Positions 12,782-26,190 of a stretch of 64,000 nt of DNA are shown in pieces (within the stretch, counting starts at the first letter, position 1; each line of letters starts with the position of its first letter). A program made the translations under genes and the position numbers. The notes under the pieces were generated by a model. The model did no database searches. It saw only the letters and a list, made by a program, of their open reading frames with translations, and was not told the DNA's origin. The stretch is from Octopus sinensis (Eukaryota): contig NC_043004.1 of the NCBI RefSeq assembly GCF_006345805.1, positions 45,198,001 through 45,262,000 of the forward strand, read 5' to 3'.

Positions 12782-15509
12782 TTACTGATGCATGGAAATG
12801 CATGATAAGCTACAGTATGAGTTAGGGTTTGATTTTCTGCCTACATTAAAATTACATTCTCACATAATGCAGTCTATAAAGCAACATTAGTATGGGCTTT
12901 GGCCGTAGCATAGTAACAAGAGCTGTTTTCTCATCATTTCCAGTACATCTATGTGTGCGTGTGTGTGTGTACACTGGAACATACATAAATGTGTGTGCTT
13001 CTGCATTTATGTATGTATTTGTGTGTGTGTGTATATATAGAAGTGCACATGCCTTATATATTATTTATATATGAGTTACTTCTAGTTGATAGATTGATAA
13101 TCTCCATGCCATAGATTTCCTTAAGTCTACTTAACGACAACAACAACAACAGCAACAGAAATATCCACAATCCACAGATTAAATGCCAAATTAAGAAACC
13201 GTTATCTTCTATAAAATAACATTTTGTATTTTATAATTTTTTTTTATGTAAATTTTGTGAGTCTCTCTCTGAATCTCTCTTTCACCATCTCTCTGTCTTT
13301 ACCTCTCTCTCTCTCTGTCTTTAGCTTGTTGTGCTGTAGTTGGCGCCAGCTTTAGTGCTCTTTGAGAAGAGGTTACAGGTGTGGCCTTCTTTGGCAATAA
13401 ATACTCGTAAGATGATACATTAACATTTAACTTTCAGTAGTTTTGCATTTCTGGTTGACTAGCATTTTGTGCACACCGTTTAAAAGGCAATTGAAAGCAG
13501 CACACAGGTTTTAAGAACCTGTCCAGTCCTTGTTCTAGCAAACTAGCGAGCTTTGGTACATAATCTCCTAACATGATTACACAAGTTAGTGAGGGGGAAA
13601 AGAGAGAAAGAAACGAGAGGGAGAAAGAGGAAAGGAAAAAAAAAAACAAAGAAAGAAAAAATAGAATGGGGGGGAGTGAGATTATTTTGAACAGCAAATT
13701 TCTTTGGTTCGTTACATATGGGCCATTATGGTTGAAAATGTTCTTTCTAATGGCTTTAGCTAGGAACATTGCTGCACGACTAGTTCGTTCTGTCATTTTT
13801 GTTGTCTGTGTGCAGTCTTGGTTGAAGGGCCTGTATAGACTTGCATAGTACTTACATATCACACATCCTCACACACAAACATGTGTATACACATATAAGT
13901 ATGTACATATTTACTCATATTTATATGTGTATGTATAAGTATATGTATGCTTACATTTATATATATATAAAACTAAGTATATTCATATATTTATGCATAT
14001 CTATGTATTTATATGTATATACATATGTTTTGTGTATATGGTTGTGTGTGTGTCTAGGTAGATATATGTTTGTGTGAATTTATATCTACATTTATATATG
14101 TATGCATGTGTGTATGTATGTGTGTGTAGATATACCTACACATATATGTATGTGTTTGTGTATACATATATGTATATATGTGTGTATATATATATAAAAG
14201 TATATGTGCATACATCTATACATACAAGAAGGCAAACATCCTCTTATTTCCTATGAAAATTGAAAAATTTCGTGAACACAGATTCAGCATTGTCGAAACA
14301 CAGCGTGGATTAATGGAATCATATGTTACCAAAATACATATACAAACCTAGGATGTATTTATGAATTGCATATAGACAAGTTTGTCTATATATGTGTACA
14401 TTTATGTATGTTCCTACTATCATATGTCTTGGAAGATATTTTAAATAACTTTTCTTACTTAAGTATTTACTAGTTTCTTTGCGTCTATACGTACATTTGT
14501 GTGGGCGATTTTTTTTGCATGCATGTTGGGATCTGTACATAATACCATGTGTATATTTGTGCATATGTCATATGCACGTATGAAAATTCCCAATGTTCAT
14601 ATCTACAAGTACATATATGTATGTGTAGCTGTATATAATACGAGTCAAACCTAACATAGGACTACTCTATATCTTTCAGTAAAATATCATCTTTATTTTA
14701 TTTTACAAGGCAATGTAAGTGACATTGAAGTATCCATTTGCTAGCTATCATTATTCTCTGTGTGTGTTTGTGAATGTACATACATTACATTTATGTGTGT
14801 ACAAGAGTGAATGTATATCTGTATACATGTCTATAGCCATGTGTGCATGTCTGTTTCCATGCGTGCATTCCTGTATGTGTGTGTGTGTGCGTGCTTGTGT
14901 TTGTGCATGGGCATAAGCGTGTATATACATCTGCATTGGTGTATGTCAGTTTGTGTACACATTTATGTATGTTTCTTGGTAATTTTGCTGTGCTTGGGAA
15001 GACCTGTCCAGCTTAGTAAAATCAAGGCCACAGAGACCTGTCCTTTACATCCATGCCCCACCCCTCTGGCAAACAGTCTGTTCCTCACAAACCTCTCCTG
15101 CATGTCCCATCTTCCACCCCGCCCTCCTCATTCTTGCTTGCCAGCTGCTGTATTCCATTCCTCTGTATCTCCAACTCACCCTCACAAACCTACCTATGTA
15201 AAATATGTCCCTGTCAAATTTCATCCTAATGCCCATTCACTACATTCTTCACCCTACATCTCCCTCTCTCCTTTGCAATCTCACAAACTTATCCAACCAC
15301 ACCCTCTCAAACCCCTTGTCCACTTCACTATATGCCCCACCATGTAACTTGGGTCCACTACTTGTCATATCTTCACCATCTTATCTCTCTCCCCTGTCTC
15401 TCTTTCTCTGCACTTAAGGCAGCCAGGTTTCCCTTCTACTGTAAGACATCTATTTCTGTTCCTCAATTCCACTCCCTCCAGTTGAAGAATTTTGTCTTGT
15501 AAGTTGCTT

Positions 15510-15707
15510 GGTGACCTCACTTCTACTTGTGCCATGTAAAAAGCATCCAGCACACTCAGTAAAATGGTTGGCATTAGGAAAGGCATCTAACCATGGAAAT
15601 CATGCCAAAGCAGACAATAGAGTATGGTGTAGTCTTTTGAATTGCCAGCTTCTGTTGAACAAGCCAACCCATGCCAACATGAAAAATGGCTGTTAAGTGA
15701 TGATGAT
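15510..15707 (+). mobile_element. Family B repeat (RTE 3' UTR-like, (GAT)n tail), decayed
   Basis: GGTTGGCATTAGGAAAGGCATC ... CCAACCCATGCCAACATGAAAA ... TGATGATGAT. Confidence 0.7.
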
Positions 15708-15835
15708 ATTTCTCTGTACATAACAGAACTATAGCTTCTTTGCAGCTGAACTTACCATTTGGTTTTGTACATGGTATTAGATAACTGGATGGGTGTCATT
15801 TATTCTCTTCAGAGACAGAGATGGTAGGTATTGAT

Positions 15836-15866
<31 letters not shown>

Positions 15867-16135
15867 ATCAGCATTGGAGTGATCACTACTGATGAGCGTT
15901 AATTCCAAGCAAAACTAGCCAGCTAGTATAGTGGCCTCGCTTGCTGTGGGATGGTTATCTCTCCTGTCAGTACATAAACATTGTGCTTTTTGTGGCTATA
16001 AAGGTCTTTGACTCTTGTTTCTAGCAATGTAGGTGCTACCCTGCACCCTCAGTCTCTATTAGTGACAATTGAATATTTCCTTTTTGGTTTTATATTATGC
16101 TTTGCCACCTTCCTTAGTTTACTCATGCATATATA
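15867..16135 (+). mobile_element. Penelope-like fragment with a hammerhead motif (G12A) at 15884-15933
   Basis: Starts directly after a TA run. Reads CACUA-CUGAUGA-GC...GC-AAAA-CUAGC CA GCUA-GUA-UAGUG. Confidence 0.55.
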
Positions 16136-16387
16136 CGATTACTATGCAAAAGTGTTGTAAGTTCAAAACATTGCTTTTTCAGAAAATGAAAAAAATTGTT
16201 TCACCATTCCATAGCAAAACTGTTGTACTACACTTTGATAATTTTTGATATCTTGGCATCTGAAGCAGCTGGAGATACGACAGTTTGATTAAAAGAACCT
16301 GCTATTGCAAGGAAAAATAAATATTGAAAAAACTTAATTTGGCCAAATTTGGGCATACGACAATTTAATATAATAGCAACGATATGT

Positions 16388-16388
16388 A

Positions 16389-16479
<91 letters not shown>

Positions 16480-16480
16480 A

Positions 16481-16515
<35 letters not shown>

Positions 16516-16539
16516 ATGTCTGTCTGTCTGTCTGTCTGT

Positions 16540-16572
<33 letters not shown>

Positions 16573-16590
16573 TGTCTGTCCATCTATCTA
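16388..16590. repeat. Compound tetranucleotide microsatellite (ATCT)n-(GTCT)n-(GCCT)n
   Basis: Read directly. Confidence 0.95.
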
Positions 16591-16679
16591 TATAAGTACC
16601 CCTCATTCATTGGACAATAATCCTTGCTTGTAAAGACCTAGTGAGGCAAGTGAAATCAAATCAAAACTCGCTGATGATT

Positions 16680-17125
16680 GGCACGAGTACCAGTGGAACA
16701 TGCAAAGCATGTCTGAGCTTGATCATTGCCAGGGCCACGGATTGGCTTCCGTGCCAGTGGGATGTAAAAAGCAGGATTTGAGTGTGATCATTGCCAGTGT
16801 CGCCTTACCGACACATGTGCCTGTAGCATGTGAAAAAACAACATTTGAGCGTGGTCGCTGCTAGTGCCACCAGACTGGCTCCCATGCAGGTAGCATGTAA
16901 AAAAATACCTTCTGAGCATGGTCATTGCCAAAACCGCCTTTGTGTCGGTGGCACGTAAAAGCACCCACTACACTCTTGGAGTGGTTGGCATTAGGAAGGG
17001 CATCCAGCTGTAGAAATTTTGCCAGATCAGATTGAGCCTGGTGCAGCCCTCTGGCTCACCAGTCTGCAGTCAAACCGTCCAACCCATGGAAAGCAGACGC
17101 TAAACTACAATGATGATGATGATGA
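16680..17125 (+). mobile_element. Family B repeat with decayed tandem internal subunits
   Basis: Repeated GTGCCAGTGG...GTAAAAAGCA units followed by GGCATTAGGAAGGGCATCCAGCTGTAGAAA and a (GAT)n tail. Confidence 0.8.
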
Positions 17126-18259
17126 TATATATATATATATATAAAATTTACTCTTCCATTATTGATGTGGTCAACAAAAAATAGTACTCTGTCATGTGAG
17201 AGATTAATATAATTTATACAGTGTGTGTGTGTGTGTGTAAGCATGCATGTGTGTGTATGTGTATGTATCTATGCACAGCATGCAAATATTAAGCTTTCTG
17301 TGATGTTTGCAGATTTTCCATTCCATTCTATTTCCTTCGGATTGGCATTGTCTCATTAGCGTTAATTAACTTTTAATTATTCATTGAACTCTTCAAATGA
17401 AGAATTATCTCGTTCTTAGAGGAGCTGAGATTTATGTCAAGAAGTACATTGTGCATTATTTACAGGTATGTGTGTATAGTTCTCAACCATGTGGTTTTGG
17501 GTTTAAACCCACTGCATGGCATCTTGGCCAACTGTTTTCTATAACCCACTGGCTTGTGAGAGGATTTAGAAGATCGTAACTGAAAGAAACCTGTAATGCA
17601 TGTGCATATATGTGTCTTTCTTTATCTTGATATCACTTGGTTAATTGCAAATGAATGTCACTGTCATATAAGCAGTATCCTTCATTTCCTGTTTTCTGTG
17701 AAAACATACCTGACTATGGGGGAAATTTTACCTTACCTGGCCCCAAATGAGGGTTAGTAACAGATAGACCATCTGTTTCCAAGAAATCCGCCTTAATGAA
17801 ATCTATGTGACCCAAAAAGCATGCACAATTGGACGTTAAATTGAAACAGTCTGTACACACACTCTCACACACACATACACATATATGTGTTGGTGATGAT
17901 GATCCCACGCAAATGATTTGATTATAGTAATCAAGGTTTGTGTATGACCAACTGAACTCCTTGGGGGAAGCTAACAGTAGAAAAGTTGCGCATGCTGTGT
18001 CAAAACTTCCTAAACAGTACATCTCAGGTTTTATATCAGAGACATGCTTTAATAAGGGTAAGGAGTGCCACTTTCAATGGTTTTAATGTGTGCTGAACAC
18101 CAACCTGATATTTTAGGTCCTTATTATATTGCTAAATAGTTGTTGACTTTAAGGTGGCTTCTTCTCCTTGACAGCATTGTCTCTCCTTTTGTCTTGTTGA
18201 GCTTCTAGCTATCTTTCTAATCAACCTATCAATGTGGGAGAAAATGGTTTAGTTACTGA

Positions 18260-18625
18260 CTAGCACTATCACCTGGCAACGCCGGGTCATAGTGCTAGTG
18301 CATGCATATACAGCTGCGTGTGTGTGCACATACATGCGAGTACTATCCAAATCTCTGACCAATCACATACAGCTAGCTGGCATTCAATTGGCGCATCAAG
18401 TTTCGGGCATTTTGATTGGGTTTTGGATAGAAAATTCACAAAAAAGTCACTTCTATTGATTTTTTTTAATGGCTTTACGGGGTGACTGGGGAAATGCAAA
18501 GATGTGCACGACCACCCTTGGACGGTTTTGAATGACCATAGAAAGTGCGAGCCCTCTAACTGAAAAATTGTCGATTTGTATAAAGGACACACACACAGAC
18601 ATTTTGCCGTTTATATATATAGAGA
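18260..18625 (-). mobile_element. Non-autonomous Helitron
   Basis: Minus strand starts TC (TCTCTATATATATAAACGG) and ends CTAG, with a GC-rich subterminal hairpin CCCGGC-GTT-GCCAGG. It sits between A (18626) and T (18259) on that strand. Confidence 0.8.
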
Positions 18626-18750
18626 TGACCTGGCCATGATACAAGCTGGGCTATCTTTCGTGCTACTACTAGTACTCTCAAGCAAACTGATATAACTACC
18701 ATCATTGTCATCATAACATTTTTGTATGCTCACACTGGGTGAACTATATA

Positions 18751-18931
18751 TATGGTATGGCTGTGTAATAAGAGGCTTACTACCCAACCACATGATTCTG
18801 GGATCACTCACACTGTGTAGCAGCTTGGGCAAGTGTCTTCTTCTATAGTCTTGGGCCAACCAAAGCCTTGTGAGTGAATTTGACAGATGGAAACTAAAAG
18901 AAGCCTATTATCTATCTATCTATCTATCTAG

Positions 18932-18967
<36 letters not shown>

Positions 18968-19200
18968 CTGTGTGTGTGTGACTGTGTGTCAGTGTTCATC
19001 CCCTATCACTGCTTGACAATAGGTGCTGGTTTGTTCACATCCCTATAACTTAGTGATTTGGCAAAAAGAGACCGATAGAATAAGTACCAGGCTTAAAAAA
19101 ACAATGTACTGAGATTGATTCCTTTGACTAAATGTTTTTAAAGTCTTAAAGAAGATATCCCAGCATAGTTACAGTCTAATGAGGGAAACAGATAAAAAAA
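18751..19200 (+). mobile_element. SINE family A, older diverged copy
   Basis: Head, CTTGGGCAAGTGTCTTC box, GATAGAATAAGTACC and tail are recognisable. Confidence 0.75.
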
Positions 19201-19914
19201 TATATATTTTGTAATATTGATCACTATATATATGTTCACTTGTTTGTCTTATTTGAGTGTACGTGTCCAAATGTCTAGCTTTGTCATTTGCAGTGACAGC
19301 AAAAGAACCAAAGCAACACAAATGATAGCTGTTATCCTTCATAATGTGTTTAGTTTGAGGTTGTGATGTTAGTGATGGTGGTCGGTTGATGGTATAATTG
19401 TTATTTGTTATGTTGAGGTTGGGCAGTGATTGTATGCCTAGCATTATCAACAGCTTTGCAGCTTTGATGAACTTCTGTCATTTCATATGTACAGGGCTGC
19501 ATTAGAAAATATTTTCTTTATTTCATATGAGAATATTTTTGAGATTAGAGAATGTGGCTGCTATTTCTTGCCGGTTGATTGACAACTCTGAAGCTTCTGT
19601 TGTTATTGTTGCTCATGGTGCTGGTATGGCTTTGTCAATAGAAGTTTACTTTCTACCCACATGGTTTTGGAGTTCAGTCCCATTGTATGACACTTTGGGC
19701 AACTGACATTAGTTTGATTACATTCCTGTGACTTAACATTTCAGCAAATGAAATTGATAAAATCAGTACCAGCTTTAACTAACTGGTAGAGTCAATTTGT
19801 TTGACTAATAACCCTTCTAGGCAGTACCCTAGCATGGCTGCATCCAATAGCTAACACTAATAAAAGAGAAAAAAAAAATAATATAAAAGGTAGCTGTTTT
19901 GTGACACTGTCTCC

Positions 19915-20265
19915 ACTGGTTGGGGCACATCCTACATATATCTCAAATGTGCCTCCCCCATCAACTCCTCTTTGCAGAGTTAACCTCAGGCACCAGACTA
20001 TGTGGAGCTCCCAAATTCTGTTTCCAAGACCAGTTCAAGGACACTCTCCTCTGCTACGCCATCGACCCAGATACTTGGGAAGCAATTGCCAAGGACTGCC
20101 TGAAGTGGCAGCATGTCATCGTCGAGGGAATGGACCTGATGGGATTGGACCAGACGTCAAAGATGCAAAGAGTGACAAGCACTTCCAAATCCCTCACCAA
20201 CCCTCCTCCTGCAATAAATTCTCCTGGCTCATCAGGCACTGGCCCCCTTCACATCCATCAGGATG
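19915..20265 (+). pseudogene. RTE/BovB-type LINE C-terminal fragment
   Basis: Translation GHILHISQMCLPHQLLFAELTSGTRLCGAPKFCFQDQFKDTL...IDPDTWEAIAKDCLKW matches the RTE C-terminal pattern (GH..RM...RLPKQL.YGEL..G.R..G..K.RFKD.LK). Confidence 0.8.
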
Positions 20266-20368
20266 AAGAGGCTCAGTCACTTGCTACAGATTAACTACAC
20301 AAATATGAGTTAATGCCACTGCCACCAGTTTTCTGACCAATGTCATTTTGTTATTGTTGGTGACAGTA

Positions 20369-20738
20369 GGCGTAGGAGTGGCTGTGTGGTAAGTAGCTTG
20401 TTTACAAACCACATGGTTCTGGGTTCAGTCCCACTGCGTGGCACCTTGGGCAAGTGTCTTCTGCTATAGCCTCGGGTCGACCAAAGCCTTGTGAGTGGAT
20501 TTGGTAGACGGAAACTGAAAGAAGCCCGTTGTGTGTGTGTGTGTGTATGTTTGTGTTTGCTACCCCCCCCCAACATCGCTTGACAACCGATGCTGGTGTG
20601 TTTACGTCACTGTAACTTAGCGGTTCGGCAAAAGCGACCGATAGAATAAGTACTAGGCTTACAAAGAATAAGTCATGGGGTCGATTTGCTCAACTAAAGG
20701 CGGTGCTCCAGCATGGCCACAGTCAAATGACTGAAACA
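20369..20738 (+). mobile_element. SINE family A, full length
   Basis: End-to-end match. Confidence 0.9.
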
Positions 20739-20798
20739 CAAACAGCATCTGTTGTCAAGCGATGTTGGGGGGACAAACACAGACACACAAACACGCAC

Positions 20799-20852
<54 letters not shown>

Positions 20853-21014
20853 GATGGTCTTCTTTCAGTTTCCGTCTACCAAATCCACTCACAAGGCTTT
20901 GGTCGGCTCGAGGCTATAGTAGAAGACACTTACCCAAGGTGCCATGCAGTGGGACTGAACCTGGAACCATGTGGTTCGTAAGCAAGCTACTTACCACACA
21001 GCCACTCCTATGCC
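20739..21014 (-). mobile_element. SINE family A, 3'-truncated, inverted against the previous copy
   Basis: Head to mid-body on the minus strand, fused at AAACAC to the tail of the plus-strand copy. Confidence 0.9.
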
Positions 21015-21494
21015 TATGGTAGAAATCGTAGAAATTGCTCTTGTTGTTAGTGTTGGTGGCAATAATGCTGTGGTTGAGATTCCTCTTGTTGTTGTTGTTA
21101 GAATTAATAATAATAATAATATTGAGATTCTTGTTGTTACCAGTGTTGGTGGTGCCGATGTTTTGGTTGAGATTGGCGGCAGCAGTGTTCTCGTTGTTGT
21201 TGGCGTCAATGTTGTGGTTTTGAGATTTTTTAAAAGTTGTTTATCTTGTTCTTGTTATTGTTGTTACCACAGTTTCTCCTATTTGCCTTTGTTGTTGTTC
21301 TTGCTGCCGAAGACAAGCCACTTAACCTAATGTCCATTGTTTATAGATGTAACTAGAGAAAATCACTCAGCGAAAGTAATTCAGAGCAGGAACTCTCCAG
21401 TCTTGGAGACAGTTTAAGTAAATGGGATTTAATTCAATGTCTCTCTTTCTTCCTCCTTCCCTACCACTCTCTCCATACTACATATGTACACATG

Positions 21495-21531
<37 letters not shown>

Positions 21532-21606
21532 ATATATATATCTGTATATATATCTATATATATATATATCTGTATATATATCTATATATATATATCTGTA
21601 TATATA

Positions 21607-21680
<74 letters not shown>

Positions 21681-22152
21681 TATATATTCACACACATAGA
21701 TATAGGCTCATACATTTATGCGCACACACATGCAAATACATATGCAAGTGTATATATATATATATAGGTGAACACACCTTCCCTCTGTGTACTGTATTTT
21801 CTGCCTATCTCTTTCTGGGCTTCTCACTTTCTGTATTCTTATTCTTTCGCTAATTTCTAATTGCCCTTATGTGAGTGCGTATCTTTATATGTGTGTGTGT
21901 TTATGTACTTATATATACAAACACCATGTATGTATGTATGTATGTATGAATATAATTTATGAACATAGCGAATATATATATATCTACACATATGCTAAAG
22001 CACATCATATACAGTTCCACATGTGTATCTCTTTTTTAAACCTTTCTTTACTATTTCTGGCTTTCATGATTCAATTTATTCAGATGTATTCACTCTCATT
22101 ATACGTCCGCACATATTACAAATATGCATAAATACAGACATACTTACATGTG

Positions 22153-22196
<44 letters not shown>

Positions 22197-22569
22197 TGTG
22201 TGTGCTAGTGTGTTTACATAAAACCATCGTATGTGTGTGCATGTGTATGTGTGTGTTTATAAAGACCATGTTTATATTTATATATGCACGTACATTCATA
22301 TGGGCATGTGTTGCAGACATGATTGAATAGGCACAATCATGGTTGTATAGCTTAGCGGTATGCTTCCCAAAGGTATGTCTTTAAGTTCAGTTTTACTGCA
22401 TAGCACCTTGAGCAACTGTATTTTCTATGGCCCTAGGCAAAATAAGCCTTGTGAATGGATTTGGTAGATGGAAAGTGAAAGAAGCCCTATATTTTCTATA
22501 TGTTCATGCGTGTGTATATGTGTACTTGTGCCTCTTTGACTTTTGGGGAAATATTATTATGTGGCTTCT

Positions 22570-22826
22570 GTGCCAGTGGCAGGTAAAAGGCACCAACCAA
22601 TCGTGGCAGCTAAAAGCCTCCACTGGCTCCTGTGCCAGTGGCACGTAAAAAGCACCCACTACACTCACGGAGTGGTTGGCGTTAGGAAGGGCATCCAGCT
22701 GTAGAAACACTGCCAGATCAGATGGGAGCCTGGTGCGGCCACCAGGCTTCCCAGACCCCAGCCGAACCGTCCAACCCATGCTAGTACGGAAAACTGACGT
22801 TAAACGATGATGATGATGATGATGAT
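22570..22826 (+). mobile_element. Family B repeat
   Basis: GTGGCACGTAAAAAGCACCCACTACAC...GGAAGGGCATCCAGC...GACGTTAAACGATGATGATG. Confidence 0.85.
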
Positions 22827-23204
22827 GTGGTAATGAGTGAGAATTGTTGACAAGAGAGGCATCCAGCTGTAGAAAATCTGTTTCAGTAAATTGTATCTAA
22901 TCCTTGCAATCATGGAAAAGTACATCCTAAAATAATGATGATGATAATATATCTATGTCTGGGTGTGTCTATATCTTTGAGCATCCTTGTCTTTACATTT
23001 GTGTAATAGCTGTAAATGAGTGTCACTTGTTTCCAAAATTCCAGTATCTTGTCATGGGGAAATAGTATCTTGTTGGAAACTAATGAGGGTTATCTACAGG
23101 AAGAACACGAGGCTGTAGAAAACCTGATATTACATCTGTTACATGTATGCATGATGGAATAGTGGTTGTTAAAACAATGATAGTGGTGATGATATAACTA
23201 TCAT

Positions 23205-23334
23205 ACATACATACATAAATATATATATATATATATTATATATATATATATATTATATATATATACTTACACACACACACACACACATGTATATATATAT
23301 ATACATACACATAAACACACACATGTATATATAT

Positions 23335-23365
<31 letters not shown>

Positions 23366-23376
23366 ACAAACACATG

Positions 23377-23408
<32 letters not shown>

Positions 23409-23660
23409 TGTATATATAAATATACATACACATAAACACACACATGTATATATATATATATATATATATACATACATACACACACACACACATATATATA
23501 TATACTTACACACACACACATATATATACACATACACACATAGCCCTTACATACATGCACACATACATACATATAATCCTTATATATATATATGCATACA
23601 TAATTATATAACCACTATAACATGTATATATATATGTGTATATATGTGTATACATGTATA
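23205..23660. repeat. (TA)n/(CA)n mosaic array
   Basis: Read directly. Confidence 0.9.
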
Positions 23661-24527
23661 TACTGTGTGTGTACTCACACACTCATATATTGTGCGTATG
23701 TATGTCTGTGTATGTGTGTGTATATTAAGTACTAAAATACACACACTCATGCAGAACTCTCCTCTATTATCCAATCTCCAACCACATGTTTCATCCTCAT
23801 CCACTCCTTTCCTTCTTCATACATTTTCTTGTGCTTTTCATTTGCATTTTATTTTGCCTTTCTTTTTACTCAGTTGCATCCTGCTTTTACGGTTGCATCT
23901 CTCCAAAGTTGCTTTTAGTCGTTACGCTTTAATTTGACAACGCAAACAGAAATGCATGCGAGTATAGCAAGAAGAAGAAGAACAACAACGACATCTGCAA
24001 CAGTTAAGAGAAGAAGAAACAAGATAACAAAAAATTAAACAACAGCAGTAAGAACAAACAATGCGAATAATAGCAACAGCGACAACAACAACAACGATCA
24101 CAACAGTAGCAACAACTGCTCTGACAGCGGCAGCAGCAATAATAACAACTGCAAGAAAACAAAGAGAGTGAATGAGCCGAAACAGTAAAGGATGTAAAAT
24201 GAAAGGAAAAATTAAAGCAATGCATTAGAACAAATGTAAAGAGAGCAAGGAGACATCTACAAGAACAACAAGGACAGCAACAAACAGATATAGCAGAATG
24301 AAATGAAGGACTGTAATAAAGATAGAAAATAAATTAAAGAAATAAAACGTTTTTCCATCAAACCTTCATTAAGTTTTATCATTCTCTTGCAGAATTTCTT
24401 TACATAGATACCCCTATTTCGACTGTCGGCTTACTTACTTACCTACCCACCCACGCCTATCGACCTACATCCCTGCATCCCAGCCTTCTTTGCATGAAAC
24501 AGAATATAATGTGTGTGTGTATATGTC

Positions 24528-24531
24528 TCTC

Positions 24532-24628
<97 letters not shown>

Positions 24629-24789
24629 ATATACTATATTTATATATATATATATGATATATGTATATATATTATATATATATATATATTATATATATAT
24701 ATATATTTATATATTATATATACTATATATATATTATATATATATATATATATTATATATATATATATATATTATATATAGATATATAG

Positions 24790-24846
<57 letters not shown>
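24528..24846. repeat. (TA)n array
   Basis: Read directly. Confidence 0.95.
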
Positions 24847-24849
<3 letters not shown>

Positions 24850-24899
24850 TTATGTATTCTGAGACTGCATTTAATCTCAAAATGTTCTTGTTGCTTGTG

Positions 24900-25490
24900 T
24901 AATTTCCACCAAGACCACCACTTTCCATACCACCACCATCACTGCTGCACAGCTACTGCCATCATTGCAATTGCTACTGCTAATACGGCCTCCACCATCA
25001 TCATCAAATGTCATCATCGGTTCAACCTCTACCACCACTTGCAACTTCTTCGTTAGCACTACTACCATTGCACTGCTGCCACTATCACTATTACCACTAT
25101 TATTACCAGCATCCTTATGGACACTACCACTGTTGCTGAAACCATCATAACCTTTACTGCATCCTCCTCTTACTGTTGCCACTACTACTTTTATTTTTAC
25201 TATCACTACACTGAAAACACTACAACCACTACCATCACTGCTTCTGCTGCTGTTACTACAACTGTGTTACCACCTACTATCACTACTACCTCCCCGGCAA
25301 ATGCCACTACTTTTACTCTGACAACTGCTACTACACTGTGGCTACCACTGCCACCATCATCACACCTAACACCTCAAATGCTACCACAGCCACTTCTGTT
25401 ATCACCACCACACTACTACAACAAACACCCCTATTTCTATTGTTACTACCCCAACACATTGACCACCACTATCACTACTGCCTTAGTAAA
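24900..25490. repeat. Cryptic ACT/ACC/ATC trinucleotide low-complexity tract
   Basis: CAC/TAC-rich tract with stops in the Thr-rich frame. Confidence 0.75.
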
Positions 25491-26074
25491 AGAAGACCTG
25501 CTAATATGTATTTGTCTTTAGTATTATTTTGTCTTCACTTTTGGTCCTTACCCCTAGTCATTCTATCCTTTCTACTGCCATAGGAACTCCTTTTATTAGT
25601 TAAATTCACTTGGCAATTACATGGGGTCAATCCCACTCTCCAGAACCATGGGCAAGTGTGGACTACTCTAACATATAAGTGACCCCTACCTTGTCATTGA
25701 AATTGTTTTGACAATACCGTTTGGAAGATTGTCAGATGGACTGTAGCTGTTCTTGAATGGTAGAATTATTTGTTCCATCACCTGGCTTAATACTCCTACA
25801 TAATATTTGAGGGCTTTTACTATATATATATGTATAGTCCAATCTGTTAGCATTCTGATCAGGTCTTTTATGCTCTTCACTTGAAAATATCAGTTTCAGG
25901 AGTTTTCTACAAAAGACACCAGAGGTTAGGAGCCCTATTCCTACCTTCTTGGACTATAAGCTATATCCCAGCCAAAACTGTGACAGTCTCTATGAAATAG
26001 TACAAATCTCACCCAATCTTTCTCTATTATGCAAAAAAAAAAAACAGTGCGAGGAAAGACGCATTGACTAAATT

Positions 26075-26190
26075 AGTTTCCCAACCACATGGTTCTGGGT
26101 TCAGTCCCACTGCGTGGCACCTTGAGCAAGTGTCTTCTACTATAGCCTCGGGCCGACCAAAGCCTTGTGAGTGGATTTGGTAGATGGAAA
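26075..26190 (+). mobile_element. SINE family A head fragment
   Basis: GGTTCAGTCCCACTGCGTGGCACCTTGAGCAAGTGTCTTC...GGTAGATGGAAA. Confidence 0.85.

Noticed and set aside
20971-21330. Val/Thr-rich ORFs resembling a mucin
   Set aside because: Degenerate GTT/AAC-rich minisatellite of about 45-bp units, starting inside a SINE, with no splice or homology support.
24844-25583. Thr/His-rich ORFs
   Set aside because: Cryptic trinucleotide tract with stops in every frame.
25691-25800. Minus-strand exon candidate ending ACAAG|gtaggg
   Set aside because: Weak acceptor, adjacent to a decayed SINE, peptide not recognised.
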